A stretch of 64,000 bases of DNA from Candidatus Poribacteria bacterium (GTDB lineage Bacteria; Poribacteria; WGA-4E; PCPOR2b), in the NCBI GenBank assembly GCA_965116925.1, contig OZ220744.1, positions 2,624,001 through 2,688,000 on the forward strand, read 5' to 3'. The position numbers were made by a program, and so were the translations under genes. A model generated the notes under the pieces. The model saw only the letters and a list, made by a program, of their open reading frames with translations. It searched no databases and was not told the origin of the DNA. Each line of letters begins with the position of its first letter. Position 1 is the stretch's first letter. Below, piece after piece: positions 9,707 through 19,070 of the stretch.

Positions 9707-10648
9707 TTACCGGTAAACTGCTTGAATCATTGATCGGATGTAACCGACAGCGAAAGCGCGTCCTGCCCATTGGGCATTTTCTTGGGGAAAACTGGGGGTG
9801 TGATCCATCATGAAGGGGCCTTCAAAACCGACTTCCCGATAGGTTTGCATGGCTTGATACATATCCACATCTCCCTCATCCACGAAAACTTCTTGAAACC
9901 TGTCTGGGGTGCCCCGCAGGTTACGGAAATGAACGGCAGCAATTTTGTTTTGAGCACCGATTCGCCGGATAGCGGTTGGCACATCTTCTCCCATTTCACG
10001 GACGCAGCCCTGACAAAACAGCATAGCGTTCACGTGGCTGGGAACCTCCTTGAACATGCGCTCAAAATCGTCGAGGGTCGATAGGATGCGGGCTGCACCG
10101 CCGAGCGGATCCGGGCGCGGCGGGTCGTCCGGGTGCATGGTGAGCTGCACCTCCGCTTCTTCAGCCACGGGTACGATGTGCTCAAGGAAATGCTTTAGAT
10201 TCGCTCGGAGTTTCTCCTCAGAGATGTGGTGATCGGGGTAATCGGGCGGTTCTTTCATGAACTCGTCGTAATCGAATGTGCTGTAACTTGCCCCGCCTCT
10301 ACCGATGGTTCGCGCTGTCCGAAAATTCCCGATGCCTCGGAAGTTGTAGCACAGTGTCGGGACACCGGCTTCCCCCATATTCCTGATCAGGGTGCACCAG
10401 CCCTCAACATGTTCGTCTCTGCCCAGTTTGCCGAGCGTGATTTCTTTCGCGGGTCTGAGGCCGACGTTGTTGAACATCATCCCGTGGGATTCGACCTTTT
10501 TACGTACATCTTTCCAGATATCGGCACGGTCGCCCGGCTTGGGAGGCGGTGGGTGCATCACCGCAACGTAATCCACACCGATTGCCTTGAAAATGCTAAG
10601 ATTCTCGTCGTTGATTCCCTCTAGGGAAAGGTGGTCTTGTATTGTCAT
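9707..10648 (-). CDS. uxuA: Mannonate dehydratase (UxuA family)
   Basis: LCYNF, MHPDDPP, LFCQGC, VHFRNLRG, FQEVFVDEGDVDM, MMDHTP, FAVGYI. Confidence 0.85.
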   Translation of the reverse strand: MTIQDHLSLEGINDENLSIFKAIGVDYVAVMHPPPPKPGDRADIWKDVRKKVESHGMMFNNVGLRPAKEITLGKLGRDEHVEGWCTLIRNMGEAGVPTLCYNFRGIGNFRTARTIGRGGASYSTFDYDEFMKEPPDYPDHHISEEKLRANLKHFLEHIVPVAEEAEVQLTMHPDDPPRPDPLGGAARILSTLDDFERMFKEVPSHVNAMLFCQGCVREMGEDVPTAIRRIGAQNKIAAVHFRNLRGTPDRFQEVFVDEGDVDMYQAMQTYREVGFEGPFMMDHTPSFPQENAQWAGRAFAVGYIRSMIQAVYR

Positions 10649-10685
10649 GATGGGGATCTCCGATTTGTATAACCTAGTACAAGCA

Positions 10686-10721
10686 CGTAGGTTGGGTTGA
10701 GCGTAGTGAAACCCAACCTAC
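10686..10721. repeat. GTAG-type REP hairpin
   Basis: CGTAGGTTGGGTTGAGCGTAGTGAAACCCAACCTACG palindrome; related arms at 23267, 31023, 31236, 31302, 48531. Confidence 0.75.
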
Positions 10722-10741
10722 GATAGGACGATGTTATTCTT

Positions 10742-11884
10742 CTAATGGACGTGTCCGCGGGCGGCGATGTCCCATTGATCGCTGATTTGTCCATTTTTTA
10801 GGACAGTGTAGGTATCTAATAGGTTTGCGACAACGCATGAGTGGTTTGGTACGAGTCGAACTTTGGAACCTATCGCCAGATCGAAATCTCCGCGTACTAC
10901 AACCCCATGCTCTTCCGAAAGTCTGGTGACAATCATCTCGTAATCTGTATCCTCGAAGTGATCTAGTGGGTATGCAAGTCCGAATCCTTCCATCCCCGGC
11001 ATTCCGTGCGCGCCTTGATCGGAGCTCAAGGTTTTGGATCCTGAGTCGATAATAAAGTAATCCGCGTTTTTGCTCACCACCGTTGCTAACACTGAGAGTG
11101 CGATCTGGTCTAGCTCGATCACCTTGAGACGCAGGGGCATTCTATCCATAAAGATGTAATTGCCCGGTCTAATTTCGGTGATACCGTCGTAGCTATCACT
11201 CACAAGGGTGCCGGGTGTGGATCCAACGGAGACTTCCGAAACTTCAATGCCGTTGCTTTCCAGTCTTTTCCGCACGCGGTTCATAGTCCCGCACTCTTCT
11301 TGGGCGATTTTTCGCGCTGCTTGGGCATCATCTGCGCCGTAAGTATGCCCGGCGTGGGATAGCAGCCCGACAAAATTCAGATTGGGTTCTCGGATAATTT
11401 TTTGTACTAATTCCACCATGCCGGGATCGTCTTCCTGAAGTCCACAACGGTGTAGCCCCACATCTATCTTCAGAAAGATGCTGATCTGTTTTTGGTGCCT
11501 CCCTGCAACTTGAGCGATTGCACCTACTCCTGCGGGACTATCAACGATGAGGCGGAGGTCAACGTCATGAGCCTTTGCAGCGGCGATGAGGCGATCGAGT
11601 TTTGAATCAACGACTAGGGGGTATGCTACAGTGACGGAACGGATCCCGTTGTTGATAAAAACGAGTGCCTCGTCTACCTTTGAGGAGGTAATTCCGACCG
11701 CACCGGCACCTATCTGTTGCCGGGCGAGTTCAATACACTTGTGGGTCTTGATGTGTGGGCGGACATTGACACCGCGCATATTGCCGATGTCCTGAATCAG
11801 TTGGATGTTGGCTTGTATCCTCTCCTGATCCAACAGGATGTGAGGGGTTTCTAGTTCTATAAGTGATTGGTCTATCTGTCCCAT
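10742..11884 (-). CDS. PLP-dependent D-threonine aldolase/D-serine dehydratase-like (alanine racemase fold)
   Basis: LETP..LD, RPHIKTHK, HRCG, SHAGH, EIRPGNYIFMD, SEEHG, VPNHSC. Confidence 0.9.
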   Translation of the reverse strand: MGQIDQSLIELETPHILLDQERIQANIQLIQDIGNMRGVNVRPHIKTHKCIELARQQIGAGAVGITSSKVDEALVFINNGIRSVTVAYPLVVDSKLDRLIAAAKAHDVDLRLIVDSPAGVGAIAQVAGRHQKQISIFLKIDVGLHRCGLQEDDPGMVELVQKIIREPNLNFVGLLSHAGHTYGADDAQAARKIAQEECGTMNRVRKRLESNGIEVSEVSVGSTPGTLVSDSYDGITEIRPGNYIFMDRMPLRLKVIELDQIALSVLATVVSKNADYFIIDSGSKTLSSDQGAHGMPGMEGFGLAYPLDHFEDTDYEMIVTRLSEEHGVVVRGDFDLAIGSKVRLVPNHSCVVANLLDTYTVLKNGQISDQWDIAARGHVH

Positions 11885-11936
11885 GTGTTTGCCTCCAAGT
11901 GTGGGCGGGATAACCCCGCCCCTACGGTTAAATGAG

Positions 11937-14096
11937 TTATATTGTTACATAGATGGGGCTTGCCCATGCCTTTGCTCCATCTGTTTGCAGCACTCGAATC
12001 CAATACGGGTGACAACCTGCTGGCAACGCTGCCTCCTTAAACCTAAACGCTACCTCCTTACCAATACCGAGCGGCAGTTGTTCAAACACAACTTTCATAT
12101 CAATCCCACCGGCATCCACGACAATCGGTGAATCACTGATCTCCTGAAGCGAGACGGTCTGATTCAGTACCGGTGTCTTAAAATCGAGGGTTGTCTCAGG
12201 GGAGGCGTCGAGTTTTAGAATCACGCCATCGGCGTCTCCGGTTGTTACGGATTTCCAAGAGACGGTTCGCTTGGTGACTGCCTCGATTCCTTCCGCCGGG
12301 GTATCGAAGGCGTAACCTTCTGCCCCCAGAATCCGTCCCCTATCTATCTCAAGGCTACCGTCCCATCGCACCAGCCGATTTCGCGCTCGGATGCGCTGCC
12401 CCGACCACGCCACACGGATCTGATCCTCCGCTCGTTCAGTGGTCGTGGGGAAGGTATAAATCTGTTCCAAGCCTCTGAAGATGTCCACCCGTTCGATGGG
12501 AGCAGTGCCGACCACGTTCACGGAGATCTCCGGCGGTTGGTTCGTCTGATACGCTGACCCCATCGGTTGACCGTCTGCGGTTACGTCAAGCAGGATGCGC
12601 TGCCCGGTTGTTCCGTAACATCGACGGGCTTTCAGAGCTTCCCACAATCCTTCGCGTGTCAGTTCTGACGCATAGATGCAGGTCAATCCGCCGTACACAC
12701 CGAATGAACCGCTGCCCGGTGGAGCGGCACCGGGGCGTCCCTTGTGGTCGTCACTCCCGGCGGTGAAACCGACTTGATAGCCTTTCTCCAATGCTTCCCG
12801 TAGAAACCACTCGAACTCCCCCCATTCGGAGTAGACCTCAATGAGCGGCTCCAGTTCGGGGTTGTGCCAGTTGAGGTTGGCGTAGCGTCCACCGACATGG
12901 GGTAGCAGCAGGACATCTTCTCCTCGCAGTGTGTCGTAGAGCTCCGTGACATGGGTGCAGTCGGTATCGATGTCCGATTTATCGGGGATCAGCACATGAC
13001 TGGAGCGGTGCAGCGGACCATCGTTCCCCGGATAGTAGACGTTGTGGTCGCCTCCGAGCGGTGTATTTGCCGACCATTCATACCCAACAAAGGTGACAAA
13101 TCTGCCGGGATCGTATTGGGTGTTCGCCTGCGTTTTAATCTCCTTCCAGACCGCTTCAGTGATTTGGAAGTCATTCCCCTGATGCCCGGCGAAGTCAACA
13201 AGTGCTGCCTCGCGGGCAAAGCGAAAATAGGAGGAGACCGGGTTTGTGCCGACGGTTTCTTCGCTCTGACCGTGGAGGTCGCCCCAGAAGGGTTGGTGGG
13301 TGCCACGATTCTCCACACACCGAAGCGGGTTTCCTTCTGCTTCCAATCCATGCTCTGAATCGGTTGCACTCACCCGATAAATTCCCGTTTTTGGGGTTTT
13401 CACACCTTCAAAACGGTGGACACCTCGGTCTGTGGGTTGGAATTGATACGCCTCTGGCAAACCGCTCAATCCCTCAGCGTTGATTTGGACGGTTCCGGTG
13501 TATCCGGTGCTCGGATTGCCCCAGAGGTCTTCAGCTTTGATCCCGATCCATGTTTCTTCATCGAGGGTGGTTTCCGAGGGGGCTAATACCACCAACTTGT
13601 GCGGGGAACCGCTGATAATTGGGAGCTTTGGTGATGGCACTTCCGTGTAAACCCACGTTCCACACCAATCGACAGCGACGCGAAATTCAAACGCCTCTTT
13701 GCAGAAGGTCTGCGCTCGACTGCCCGGACTCCCGCCTGAAGTCTCTCCGAGTGTTAGGGTGATAGTGTCCCCCTCGGAAAGTGAATCGTCGAAGACATCA
13801 ACGGTCACACAGAGCCGCCAAGGCCGGATGTAGCGTTGCTTTTCAAACCGCGCTCTCAGGGATGCGGGACCTGTCGTGGAGACGGTGGCATATTCCGGTG
13901 CGGAGGGGTTTTCAAATTGGGGTGCCGCCCAGTCGCTGACATCTCGCCAAGCAAATTTAATGACACCGCCATCATCGACCCCGTAGCGACCAGCGTGGTA
14001 GGTGATACGCCATGTGCCGACCGATCCCGCTACAATCGGGGCAGCCGGATCAATCTCTGCCCAACCGTATAAGGCGCGAATTTCTGATTCCGTCAT
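11937..14096 (-). CDS. DUF3604 / PHP-like metallohydrolase
   Basis: FWGDLHGQSEETVG, HQGNDFQIT, GYEWS..TPLGGDHNV, GSDDHKGRPG, RRCYGTTG, AWASPI. Confidence 0.8.
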   Translation of the reverse strand: MTESEIRALYGWAEIDPAAPIVAGSVGTWRITYHAGRYGVDDGGVIKFAWRDVSDWAAPQFENPSAPEYATVSTTGPASLRARFEKQRYIRPWRLCVTVDVFDDSLSEGDTITLTLGETSGGSPGSRAQTFCKEAFEFRVAVDWCGTWVYTEVPSPKLPIISGSPHKLVVLAPSETTLDEETWIGIKAEDLWGNPSTGYTGTVQINAEGLSGLPEAYQFQPTDRGVHRFEGVKTPKTGIYRVSATDSEHGLEAEGNPLRCVENRGTHQPFWGDLHGQSEETVGTNPVSSYFRFAREAALVDFAGHQGNDFQITEAVWKEIKTQANTQYDPGRFVTFVGYEWSANTPLGGDHNVYYPGNDGPLHRSSHVLIPDKSDIDTDCTHVTELYDTLRGEDVLLLPHVGGRYANLNWHNPELEPLIEVYSEWGEFEWFLREALEKGYQVGFTAGSDDHKGRPGAAPPGSGSFGVYGGLTCIYASELTREGLWEALKARRCYGTTGQRILLDVTADGQPMGSAYQTNQPPEISVNVVGTAPIERVDIFRGLEQIYTFPTTTERAEDQIRVAWSGQRIRARNRLVRWDGSLEIDRGRILGAEGYAFDTPAEGIEAVTKRTVSWKSVTTGDADGVILKLDASPETTLDFKTPVLNQTVSLQEISDSPIVVDAGGIDMKVVFEQLPLGIGKEVAFRFKEAALPAGCHPYWIRVLQTDGAKAWASPIYVTI

Positions 14097-14126
14097 AGGT
14101 TATTTCTCCGCATCATGCGCGAGATA

Positions 14127-15092
14127 TTAGTACCACCCTGCTTTGTTGACCACATTGCGTAACGGTTCGCCGACGGCAAACCGACGTGCGTTTTCGAGGA
14201 GAACCCCGAATCGGCGTTCCGGGAGGTTTTCGGCGTCCTTCACCGCGATATGGGGTGTGAGCAGCACGTTGGGCAGATTCCACAAGCGGTGATCCGATGG
14301 CAGCGGCTCTACTTCAAATACATCGAGACCGCATCCCGCGATTACGCCGTTTTCGACCGCGTCTGCGAGGTCGTCGATTTTCATTGTTTTGCCGCGACCG
14401 ATGTTGATAAAGTAAGCGGAGTTCTTCATCAGGCGGAAACGTTCGGCGTTCCATATCCCATCGGTTTCGGGTGTGTGCGGCGTTGTCGCTATCACGAAAT
14501 CTGCGCGCGGCAGCTGATCATCCAGATCCGCAGGCGGGTACAGCTTGACGAAAGGAAGGTCATATTCGGGTCTCGGTTCTATACCGATTACCGACATACC
14601 AAACTCCACACATAGCCTCGCTGTCTCATGACCGATGCCGCCCACGCCGAAGATTAGCGCGGTGGATTCTGCGAGATCGACATAGCCATGCTTACGAGCA
14701 TTGGGGTCCCATCTCCGCTCTCGTTGTGCTTCGACGTAGTAGGGCAGCCCGCGTGAGAGTCCGAGTAAGAACATCATGATATGGTGGCTGATGTGATCAT
14801 AGTAGATACCGCGTGGGTTACCGATCACCACGGGATGCTCAATCAGTTCCTTGTAGTAGTAGCCCGGAAAGGGACCTGCATCGGGATTTTGCAGCCACCG
14901 CAATTTTGTTGCGACCTTCAGCGCATCGGGCGGTATCCAACCGTATGCTGCATCAGCATCGACAATTTCACGGCGTGCCTCTTCGTCAGTTTCGGGGACA
15001 GCGACGCGATACTCCGGGAGATATTCCTCCAAACGCGGGGCAAACTCGCGCTTGAGTTCGTCCAACGGCGGCATCATGACAAGTTTGATCAT
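14127..15092 (-). CDS. D-2-hydroxyacid dehydrogenase (NAD-dependent)
   Basis: GVGGIG, FINIGRG, LDVFEVEPL, LLTPH. Confidence 0.9.
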   Translation of the reverse strand: MIKLVMMPPLDELKREFAPRLEEYLPEYRVAVPETDEEARREIVDADAAYGWIPPDALKVATKLRWLQNPDAGPFPGYYYKELIEHPVVIGNPRGIYYDHISHHIMMFLLGLSRGLPYYVEAQRERRWDPNARKHGYVDLAESTALIFGVGGIGHETARLCVEFGMSVIGIEPRPEYDLPFVKLYPPADLDDQLPRADFVIATTPHTPETDGIWNAERFRLMKNSAYFINIGRGKTMKIDDLADAVENGVIAGCGLDVFEVEPLPSDHRLWNLPNVLLTPHIAVKDAENLPERRFGVLLENARRFAVGEPLRNVVNKAGWY

Positions 15093-15268
15093 CGTGTATT
15101 CCTTTGAGATTACGAGTAAAGAAGGTGGTTCATGTTAAAAGTAAAGCGCAAGGTCCAAAAAACGTGAAACGTGATGCGTGAAACGTGAAAAATGACTGAA
15201 TCGATTTCTGTTGCACTGCTTTTTTAACATGAGCCACGAAAGTTAGGATTAATTCTGGTGTGCAGGAT

Positions 15269-16909
15269 CTAGCTGAAGCGCGATCGACGGGATTCCATGT
15301 TGGTGTGCACATCGAGCAGTACCGTACGACCCTCCGCATTCAGTTGCTGCGCTTGCTCAAGAGCGGAAACCATTTCGCTCGGCTTAATCACGGTGATACC
15401 GACCGCTCCCATACCCTCGGCAATCTTGGCGTAATCGCCCGTCATTTCCGTTGTGCCAAACTGCTCGCGGGCTGTTGGATAACCCCCTGGGTAGGTCGAC
15501 ATGCCGCCGTTATTGAGAACAACGGTCGTGATAGGTGCCTCAGCGCGAACAGCGGTTTCGATGTCTAAGCCGGACATGCCGAAAGCACCATCGCCCATGA
15601 AGTTCAAGCAGAACTTGTCAGGTTTTGCGATCTTCGCCCCGATCATCAACGGTATGCCGAAACCGAGATGGGTGGTCTTGCCCCAACCGATGTAGCTGTG
15701 TGGCACGGTGCCGGGGTAGAACGGCATGATTGAATCACGGGGGGCACCGGCATCGTGGGTGACAATACTATTCTCCAGATCCATCGCCTTGACCATATCG
15801 CCGATGACGCGGTAGGTGTTGATCGGTTCTTCGTCCGAGTTGAGCAGGGGTGACCATTCATCCATCCACGTTTTCTTGAGTATGGCAATATCTGTGGCGA
15901 CTTGCGTTTCGCCCTTTCTCCCACTTTCGCCGAGTTGGGCTTTGGCTTCCTCGATCATCGCCTCAAGCGTCAGTTTGGCATCGCCGGGTAGCCCAATGTC
16001 AACGGAGAAATCTTTGTTGATATCCTCAATGCTTTCGGCGTTATGGATGATGACCTTGCCATCCGGAATCGGTTGACCGTAATGCGTGTGGGTCAGACTT
16101 GAACCGATGGCGAGTAGCACATCTGATTCCTGCAACCACGTTCGTGCGGGGAGAGTTGTCGCACCGCTGCCGGAGCCAACAGAAAGGGGATGGCGCTCGT
16201 CGAAGGAGGATTTACCGGGCATGGTGCAGTAGACCGGTATCTCGGTCAATTCAGCAAATTCTGTGAGTGCTTCGGTCGCTCCGGAGAGCAGCACACCCAT
16301 CCCCGACCAGATGACGGGTTTCCTCGCGTTCAGTAGTTCCGTAACGGCGTCTTTGATATCGCTGGGGGAAGGAAGCTGAAGTGCTCGCTTGGGTGACTTG
16401 TAGTTAAGGGCACCTTCTGGGACTTCCTGCAATCCGACATCGCTCGGCGTTTCGACAATCACGGGGCCGGGGCGGCCATTCCGGAGGTGGTGGAAAGCCC
16501 GTCGCATGACAGTTGCAACTTGATCCGGTTTTGTAATGACTTCACCGTATTTCGACACCGTTTGGTATGTTCGGACGGGTGAGAAGGAGGGACGTACCGC
16601 GTATTCGCTAATGGAGGGACCGCCCGGCAGGTACAGAATCGGAACATTGTCAGCGAAAGCCTGTGCAATACCGCCCATAGAGTTTTCAGCACCGGGTCCA
16701 CCCTGTGTGATGATGACGCCGAACTTGTTACGGTTGTTGACGCGACTATACCCGTCTGCTGCCATCACGGCACCACGCTCGTGCCGGAACATGACGGTCC
16801 TAATGCCTTCTTGGGCGACCGCTTCGATGAGTTGGTTGGAGGGAAAACAGGATATCCATTCAACACCTTCCATTTTCAAAATCCGTGCTACAGCTTGTGT
16901 TGTGTCCAT
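15269..16909 (-). CDS. Thiamine-diphosphate-dependent enzyme (acetolactate synthase-like)
   Basis: RHERGAVMAADGY, GRPGPV, GDGAFGM..VVLNNG TPP motif. Confidence 0.9.
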   Translation of the reverse strand: MDTTQAVARILKMEGVEWISCFPSNQLIEAVAQEGIRTVMFRHERGAVMAADGYSRVNNRNKFGVIITQGGPGAENSMGGIAQAFADNVPILYLPGGPSISEYAVRPSFSPVRTYQTVSKYGEVITKPDQVATVMRRAFHHLRNGRPGPVIVETPSDVGLQEVPEGALNYKSPKRALQLPSPSDIKDAVTELLNARKPVIWSGMGVLLSGATEALTEFAELTEIPVYCTMPGKSSFDERHPLSVGSGSGATTLPARTWLQESDVLLAIGSSLTHTHYGQPIPDGKVIIHNAESIEDINKDFSVDIGLPGDAKLTLEAMIEEAKAQLGESGRKGETQVATDIAILKKTWMDEWSPLLNSDEEPINTYRVIGDMVKAMDLENSIVTHDAGAPRDSIMPFYPGTVPHSYIGWGKTTHLGFGIPLMIGAKIAKPDKFCLNFMGDGAFGMSGLDIETAVRAEAPITTVVLNNGGMSTYPGGYPTAREQFGTTEMTGDYAKIAEGMGAVGITVIKPSEMVSALEQAQQLNAEGRTVLLDVHTNMESRRSRFS

Positions 16910-17120
16910 CTATAGGATTCTCCTTTAGTTTTGCTTCAATAGTTCATTGGTGGATTAGTTCATTGGTTGATTAACCTGATGAAGGCTATACATTGTGCTC
17001 TGTCGTGCCGTATGCACAGGGGTTACGGCATACGGAGTATGCCTACTACTTTATGGCAGCTTGGGTTATTATAACGGATTCGCTATACTTTCGCAAGCAT
17101 TAGATTTCGGTTATGCCTGC

Positions 17121-17149
17121 TTGACAACCCATGGCAAACTGGATAAAAT
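17121..17149 (+). promoter_or_regulatory. sigma70-like promoter upstream of ECF sigma gene
   Basis: TTGACA-N17-TAAAAT. Confidence 0.5.
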
Positions 17150-17301
17150 AGACTGGATATACAGTTGTCCGGTTATGCCTACAATTTGATGATAGTTGCT
17201 ACTGACTTCTCTATGTTTTCCTAAGAAACAGTGTGTAATATTGACACTTCCCTTCTTACATATTACTCATTACGCATCATTCTTCCGTCTGGCTGATAAA
17301 A

Positions 17302-17889
17302 TTGAACGACCAACAAGTTCCTAGCGAAACGCGACCCGATGACATCAGTGACCATGAGCTCGTCCGCCGGTGTCAAGACGGTGATAAGCGAGCCATGGAA
17401 ACCCTTATGCGTCAGTACCAGCAGTGGGTGTATAATATCGCTTACGGGATGCTCGCAAGTCCTGAAGATGCCAGCGATGTGGCACAGGACGTATTTCTTT
17501 GGCTTTGGGAAAATATTGGGCAGTTTCGATTCAAATCTCAGTTTTCGACGTGGCTTTACCGGATTGTTACTAACAGATGTCTCAATTTGAAGGATCAGCG
17601 ACAGCGACGTAAAACCGATCCGATGGAAATTGACGACTCGCAGCCGTGGGTGCCGCTCGACACGACGACTCCAGAAAGCACGGTCTTACAAGCAGAACAG
17701 CGTGAGATTTTGCAGCAGGCGCTCGCTAGTCTTAAAGATGATTACCGAAAGATACTGATCCTCCGTGAAATGCAGGACCTGTCTTATGAGGAATTGGCGG
17801 AGGTGCTCGGCTGTTCTATTGGGCGTGTGAGATCGCGACTCCATGAAGCGCGACAGGCGTTGCGAAAAGCGATACAGCGGCTTGAGTGA
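17302..17889 (+). CDS. ECF RNA polymerase sigma-70 factor
   Basis: DASDVAQDVF, FSTWLYRIVTN, LSYEELAEVLGCSIGRVRSRLHEAR. Confidence 0.92.
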   Translation: MNDQQVPSETRPDDISDHELVRRCQDGDKRAMETLMRQYQQWVYNIAYGMLASPEDASDVAQDVFLWLWENIGQFRFKSQFSTWLYRIVTNRCLNLKDQRQRRKTDPMEIDDSQPWVPLDTTTPESTVLQAEQREILQQALASLKDDYRKILILREMQDLSYEELAEVLGCSIGRVRSRLHEARQALRKAIQRLE

Positions 17890-17988
17890 AACGTGATGCG
17901 TGAAACGTGAGAAGCAAATGTTTGGATAGCGTATGGATTGCATATGAGTATTTTTTATTGTTAACACCAACCTGAAAGGATCTTTGTT

Positions 17989-18744
17989 ATGTCATTTCCA
18001 CTTGCCTACAGTGCCCTCCGTTGGGAAAACCCCAATCTAGAACAAACACTTGTGCAGCTCCGAGAGGCTGGCTGGGACGGTTGGGAAGCCCGTCAGTCGC
18101 TCGATTGGCTCGGTTCGGCGCGTCGCGTTACTCAGATCTGTGACGCTGTCGGTATACAGGTCGCTGCCATTTGTGGTCCCAATGTGACGCTCGATGTAAC
18201 GCATCCTACCCATGAGATTAACAAACGGCGGATTGAATTCGCCTCCGACCTTGAGGTGCCTACCTTCATGACCAAAGGTCCGGGACGGCTTGAGAGTGAA
18301 ACGACAGATCTCGATCTGGATCGCATGGCGGCAGTCTATGATGACCTTGCTGCCTACGGCGAACCGCTCGGCGTTACTGTTACCTTCCACCCCCATACGG
18401 GACATGTAGTGGACAGTGCCGATGAGTGGAAACGATTCATGACGCGCCTCCACCGATGCCGCCTCTGCCTCGATATGTCTCATGCTGTCCATTGGGGTTA
18501 CGATCCGATTCAAGCGGTTTACGATTATCGGGATCGCATCTCCTATGTCCATCTTCACGACCACAAAGATGGCGGCAATGTCGAGCTAGGTGAGGGGCTC
18601 ATGTGCGACTATCCCGCCTTTTTGAAGGCGTTGGAGGAGATTGGCTACAGCGATTGGATAACCGCCTGTCCGGGAGCGACGGAGCGTACCGACGCAGCGA
18701 AGATGCGAATCAATCGTGCTTACTTGAAAAGTATCGGATATTGA
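17989..18744 (+). CDS. Sugar phosphate isomerase/epimerase (xylose isomerase-like TIM barrel, IolE-like)
   Basis: FHPHTG, LCLDMSH, YVHLHD, ELGEG. Confidence 0.85.
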   Translation: MSFPLAYSALRWENPNLEQTLVQLREAGWDGWEARQSLDWLGSARRVTQICDAVGIQVAAICGPNVTLDVTHPTHEINKRRIEFASDLEVPTFMTKGPGRLESETTDLDLDRMAAVYDDLAAYGEPLGVTVTFHPHTGHVVDSADEWKRFMTRLHRCRLCLDMSHAVHWGYDPIQAVYDYRDRISYVHLHDHKDGGNVELGEGLMCDYPAFLKALEEIGYSDWITACPGATERTDAAKMRINRAYLKSIGY

Positions 18745-18895
18745 TGTTGGTTCATTAGTGCATTGGTACATTAGTTCATTGGTTCATTGAACGGATACGG
18801 GCTACACATTGCATTTCGCAGTTCCGTAGTAGACACAAGGGTTACGGCACGCGGAGCGTGCCTACTACTTTACTCGCTTGTCTCCATTTCTTTTT

Positions 18896-19027
18896 GGCTC
18901 ATGTTAAGAAAGCGGGCAACAGCAACCGAGTTTTCGTAGGGTTTGGGTCACCCAACCCTTACTGAGGGCGGGGAAACCCCGCCCCTACGATTTCGTTTAT
19001 ATTTTGCACTTTCTTTTTATATGAGCC
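18896..19027. mobile_element. MITE family C (GGCTCAT..ATGAGCC ends)
   Basis: Ends GGCTCATGTTAAGAAAG / CTTTCTTTTTATATGAGCC, flanking TCTTTTT duplication, internal GTAG hairpins; copies at 36704-36936. Confidence 0.7.
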
Positions 19028-19070
19028 TCTTTTTTTTGTCTAAATCAGTATAACGGAGGAACGCAGCCAC

